NCBI GenBank assembly: GCA_048886185.1
Contig: JBHLKY010000002.1
Coordinates: forward strand, 170,259-202,258
Direction of reading: 5' to 3'
Source of the DNA: Candidatus Hermodarchaeota archaeon
GTDB lineage: Archaea; Asgardarchaeota; Heimdallarchaeia; Hodarchaeales; Hodarchaeaceae
DNA length: 32,000 nucleotides
In this document: positions 28,914 through 32,000 of the stretch, in pieces
Layout of the letters: each line of letters opens with the position of its first letter
Numbering within the stretch: the first letter of the stretch is position 1
The notes under the pieces: generated by a model
What the model saw: only the letters and a program-made list of their open reading frames with translations
What the model was told of the DNA's origin: nothing
The model's database searches: none
Position numbers and translations under genes: made by a program

Positions 28914-29909
28914 TTAATTCCGCTTAATACTCAACTCTACAATATCAGAATCTGCTAGTTCGTGTTCAAGTCCTACCTGTTGTCCAGGGAAGTCAACTGA
29001 TGATCCCCAAACTCTTGCATAACGAAAATACCTCAGAAAATCGTTGTGGACTTTCCCAGCTAATTCGCCAATCGTAGTGCCGATGGGACAGATAAAGGGC
29101 TGCTTTGCCGGTTTACGTTTGGGTGGTTTTGTGTAAATCCTTATGACTTCAAGAATGCTAAATAGATATTCTTTGAGTTTTTCAAGTGATTCTTCATTCT
29201 TAATTGAAATAGGATGTATTGGTAATGAAGTGTGATCTTTCAGTAGTTGAAAATTTTGACTTGAGCCAGGTAGATCACCTTTCGTTGCAATTATTCCTAA
29301 CTTATACATAGATTCTGAATTCATAACGATCTTAGCTTCCTCTAATTGTTCCATAAGGAACTTATATTGACGATCAATATCAAATGATAGGTCTATGACT
29401 AAAAGAATTGCATCACTTGTTCTAGCAACACGTACAATCTGTTTACTTATTATCCAATCCTCTTTGAAGTCGAGAAATCCAGGTAGATCAATGATTTGGA
29501 TACATAATTTCTTATACATACATGTTCCCGCAAGAGCCCTTTTAGTAGTATGGAGTTGATTACTAGTTTTAACGTCTGTATTAGTAATTGCATTCATTAA
29601 AGTGCTTTTACCTACATTAGAAAGACCAAAGAGTACAACTCTTCCGTCACCCGAGCGAGGGATAAGGAATGGATCGTATTGTCTACTCTTCTTTTTGGGT
29701 TTATATCGGGCCTCTGCAATAATCCTTTCCAAGTCACGAATAAATAATTTAAACAACCCTATTTTCTGATCTAACTTTTTTTTCTTTATATCTTCAATTG
29801 TATCTTCCAATTCTTGAACTAATTCATCCCCTTCAAGGATTCTGATCCTTCTTGCTACATTAAAGCGATACCATTTAAACTTTCTCTCATTACTATTCAT
29901 TTTTTTCAA
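28914..29909 (-). CDS. OBG/DRG-family GTPase with C-terminal TGS domain
   Basis: SGDGRVVLFGLSNVGKST (G1), TT (G2), IQIIDLPG (G3), TKGD (G4), IRIYTK...ARVWGSSVDFPGQQVGLEHELADSDIVEL (TGS). Confidence 0.9.
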   Translation of the reverse strand: MKKMNSNERKFKWYRFNVARRIRILEGDELVQELEDTIEDIKKKKLDQKIGLFKLFIRDLERIIAEARYKPKKKSRQYDPFLIPRSGDGRVVLFGLSNVGKSTLMNAITNTDVKTSNQLHTTKRALAGTCMYKKLCIQIIDLPGFLDFKEDWIISKQIVRVARTSDAILLVIDLSFDIDRQYKFLMEQLEEAKIVMNSESMYKLGIIATKGDLPGSSQNFQLLKDHTSLPIHPISIKNEESLEKLKEYLFSILEVIRIYTKPPKRKPAKQPFICPIGTTIGELAGKVHNDFLRYFRYARVWGSSVDFPGQQVGLEHELADSDIVELSIKRN

Positions 29910-30142
29910 CTCATCAAACGAAACTATTCTTATACTAAATAAATCGTAAAATAATAGTATAGACTCTTCAGAAGCAAAATCTATGAAAATTTTATCAAGA
30001 AAAATCTGAAGAAAATGAGTAGTATTCTCAGTTCAAAGAAATTTTGCATTTAGATATGAGAAAAAGCCAAAAACAATTGGTACTACCCACTCTACAATCA
30101 GTTAATCCTGAGTGCTGTTCATTCCCTTGAAGTATTTAGAAG

Positions 30143-30316
30143 GGGGAATGATTGCTACTTCTAAAGAAATTAGCTACAACAAATAGATCTAACTACTGTT
30201 AGAGCGCGAGGTTCCCTCGCACCATCCTATATAAGGCGAATGGATAGTAACATTGTCCTCAAAATACAAGAAAAGATACGAATTTATAAATTACACCTTT
30301 AAGGTAACCATTCCCC
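30143..30316. repeat. 174-bp intergenic segment bounded by imperfect inverted repeats, containing a GC-rich hairpin
   Basis: GGGGAATGATTGC (30143-30155) vs GTAACCATTCCCC (30304-30316), 11/13 match; internal GCGAGG-TTC-CCTCGC (30206-30220); no target-site duplication seen. Confidence 0.35.
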
Positions 30317-30489
30317 ACTGATTCTTTCATGAATGGTATGAGCTTAAATGAGTCTAGCATTATATTCTAAGGATCTGATATTAAACAACAATTATTACAA
30401 ATTATTAACTTAAAGAATTGGTCACTGCTCAAATAGACTTATTTTTCAATACATTTATTAAAATGACTGATAACGGAGAAATAGGAAAC

Positions 30490-31335
30490 ATGCATCACAA
30501 ACAAGGATTAACAGAGTCAATAGGAGTTATTGGTACAGGAAAAATGGGAACAGCACTAGTTAGAGGGTTGTTAAAAAAGAAACTAGTAGCACCTGAACAA
30601 ATATTTGCCTATGATATTATATATGATGATCTCATGGCGTTGGTTCAAGAAATTGGAATTAACCCAACATTGAATAATTTACAAATAGTTGAACAATGCA
30701 AAATTATTTTCATTTGTGTTAAACCCCAGGTATTCGAAACGGCCATTCAAAAACTCAAACCTTACTTCACAAATGATCATTTGGTAATATCGATTGCAGC
30801 AGGTGTACCTTTAACAACAATTGAACGATTAACAGGAAAAGCACGTTGTGTGCGTATTATGCCAAATATGCCTTTTCAGGTTGGAGAGGGTGCAGCTGGT
30901 TATAGCCTAGGAACCAGAAATGACAATCGTGATTCTGAAATTGTAGAAATCGTCTTTGGTTCATTGGGAAAGGTGTTCCAGTTTCCTGAACACTTACTGG
31001 ATGCAGTCACAGGACTCTCAGGCACTGGCCCAGCCTATGTATTCGTTTTTATTGAAGCTTTGGCTGATGGAGGAGTTTTGGCTGGATTACCTCGTCGTGA
31101 GGCACTTATATTGAGTGCACAAACTGTAATGGGTGCTGCTAAACTACTTCTGGAACAAAATGTACACCCTGGGGTGTTAAAAGACGCTATCATGTCTCCA
31201 GGTGGTACTACAGCATCAGCTCTACAACTGATGGAATCCCGTGGTTTTCGTTCTATTCTAATTGATGCTGTGGAAGCTGCAACGAAAAAATCCCAATTTT
31301 TAGGCCAAAATAATCTCTCATTATCTGATAAGTAA
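30490..31335 (+). CDS. proC: Pyrroline-5-carboxylate reductase
   Basis: IGTGKMG, CVKPQ, ISIAAGV, RIMPN, TGLSGTGPAYVF, SPGGTT; likely start ATG 30490 rather than TTG 30418. Confidence 0.96.
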   Translation: MHHKQGLTESIGVIGTGKMGTALVRGLLKKKLVAPEQIFAYDIIYDDLMALVQEIGINPTLNNLQIVEQCKIIFICVKPQVFETAIQKLKPYFTNDHLVISIAAGVPLTTIERLTGKARCVRIMPNMPFQVGEGAAGYSLGTRNDNRDSEIVEIVFGSLGKVFQFPEHLLDAVTGLSGTGPAYVFVFIEALADGGVLAGLPRREALILSAQTVMGAAKLLLEQNVHPGVLKDAIMSPGGTTASALQLMESRGFRSILIDAVEAATKKSQFLGQNNLSLSDK

Positions 31336-31455
31336 TCATTGGATAGCCTTGAGTTTTAAATCAAAATGAATAGCTTTTCTTCAAGAAGGATAAATAAACC
31401 AAATTAAACAAATAACTAACCTTGAATAAGGAAAAGAAGAGGAAATTGAGAAATC

Positions 31456-32000
31456 ATGAGTGTTGAAAAAGACCAATGTGCAATTTGTGGAAGTGAAGCA
31501 ACCATGAGTTTATCGAATACAGGCGAGAGTTATTGCATAAGCTGCTTTAATCAGGTCATGAATAATCCCGTATTACGTAGACAACGAGCAAATATAGGAC
31601 GAGGAGGGGAGAGACGATTGGTGAGAAATGGTTTGACAATTGAGTTAATAGATGAAGCTGTGGCAAAAAAACGAAAAAATATCCCACGAAATTATATCCT
31701 ATTTAGAAGTGAAGAATTCAATATAGAATTCTATTATCCTGATGATTGGATCCTGAATCCTGAGATTCCCATGGCGCTCTTAGCCATCTTCGCACCAAGA
31801 AATATCCTCAAGGGAAAATTCAAGGCTAATCTTACGGTTGGAGTACGAGATCTCTCAGGAATAAATATTAATAAAGATAGGTACACTCAAACCGATGTAG
31901 AAAACCTGAAACGACTTCTTACAAACCAAGGTGTCCAAAAATTTAAAATGAAGGAAATTAAAAATGTAAAAGTCGCAGAGAGGCCAGCACATCGCCTAAT
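31456..32000 (+). CDS. Zn-finger (CxxC-x15-CxxC) plus PsbP/DcrB/Mog1-like domain protein, truncated by right edge (not in ORF track)
   Basis: Stop-free from ATG 31456: MSVEKDQCAICGSEATMSLSNTGESYCISCF...FNIEFYYPDDW...KANLTVGVRDL...KVAERPAHRL. Confidence 0.8.
   Translation, partial: MSVEKDQCAICGSEATMSLSNTGESYCISCFNQVMNNPVLRRQRANIGRGGERRLVRNGLTIELIDEAVAKKRKNIPRNYILFRSEEFNIEFYYPDDWILNPEIPMALLAIFAPRNILKGKFKANLTVGVRDLSGININKDRYTQTDVENLKRLLTNQGVQKFKMKEIKNVKVAERPAHRL

Noticed and set aside
1-32000. tRNA, rRNA, transposase, integrase or defence-system genes
   Set aside because: No cloverleaf, rRNA-like GC-rich block, DDE/HUH/tyrosine-recombinase motif or recognisable defence gene found by eye; tRNAscan-SE, Infernal and DefenseFinder would be needed to exclude them formally

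Overview
AT-rich archaeal-type chromosomal window. I infer an Asgard/Heimdallarchaeia (Hodarchaeales-like) origin from TATA boxes, GGTGA/GGAG ribosome-binding sites, an MJ-type STAND ATPase, a DRG/TGS GTPase and C-terminally anchored NosD/Kelch surface proteins. It holds about 28 intact genes. These include a Zn/Cd P1B-2 ATPase with its ArsR/SmtB regulator, isochorismatase, an LDH/MDH-family dehydrogenase, DinB, CoA-binding, flavodoxin, extended SDR, HAD, methyltransferase, two radical SAM enzymes, MetF, a fold-type I PLP pair (class-V enzyme plus DDC-like decarboxylase), three winged-helix proteins, Nudix, threonine ammonia-lyase, amidohydrolase-3 and ProC. Two real genes are missing from the ORF track because they run off the window edges (1-1786 minus; 31456-32000 plus). 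I found no rRNA, tRNA, CRISPR array, transposase or integrase, and no clearly complete novel system. The best leads are a three-wHTH module around a palindromic operator and a palindromic TATA box, an LDH-like enzyme carrying the malate-specificity Arg102, a DDC-like decarboxylase operon, a Zn-finger/PsbP(Mog1)-like fusion, a divergent DRG GTPase, a structured intergenic element upstream of proC, and several decayed gene remnants at 18.2-22.4 kb.
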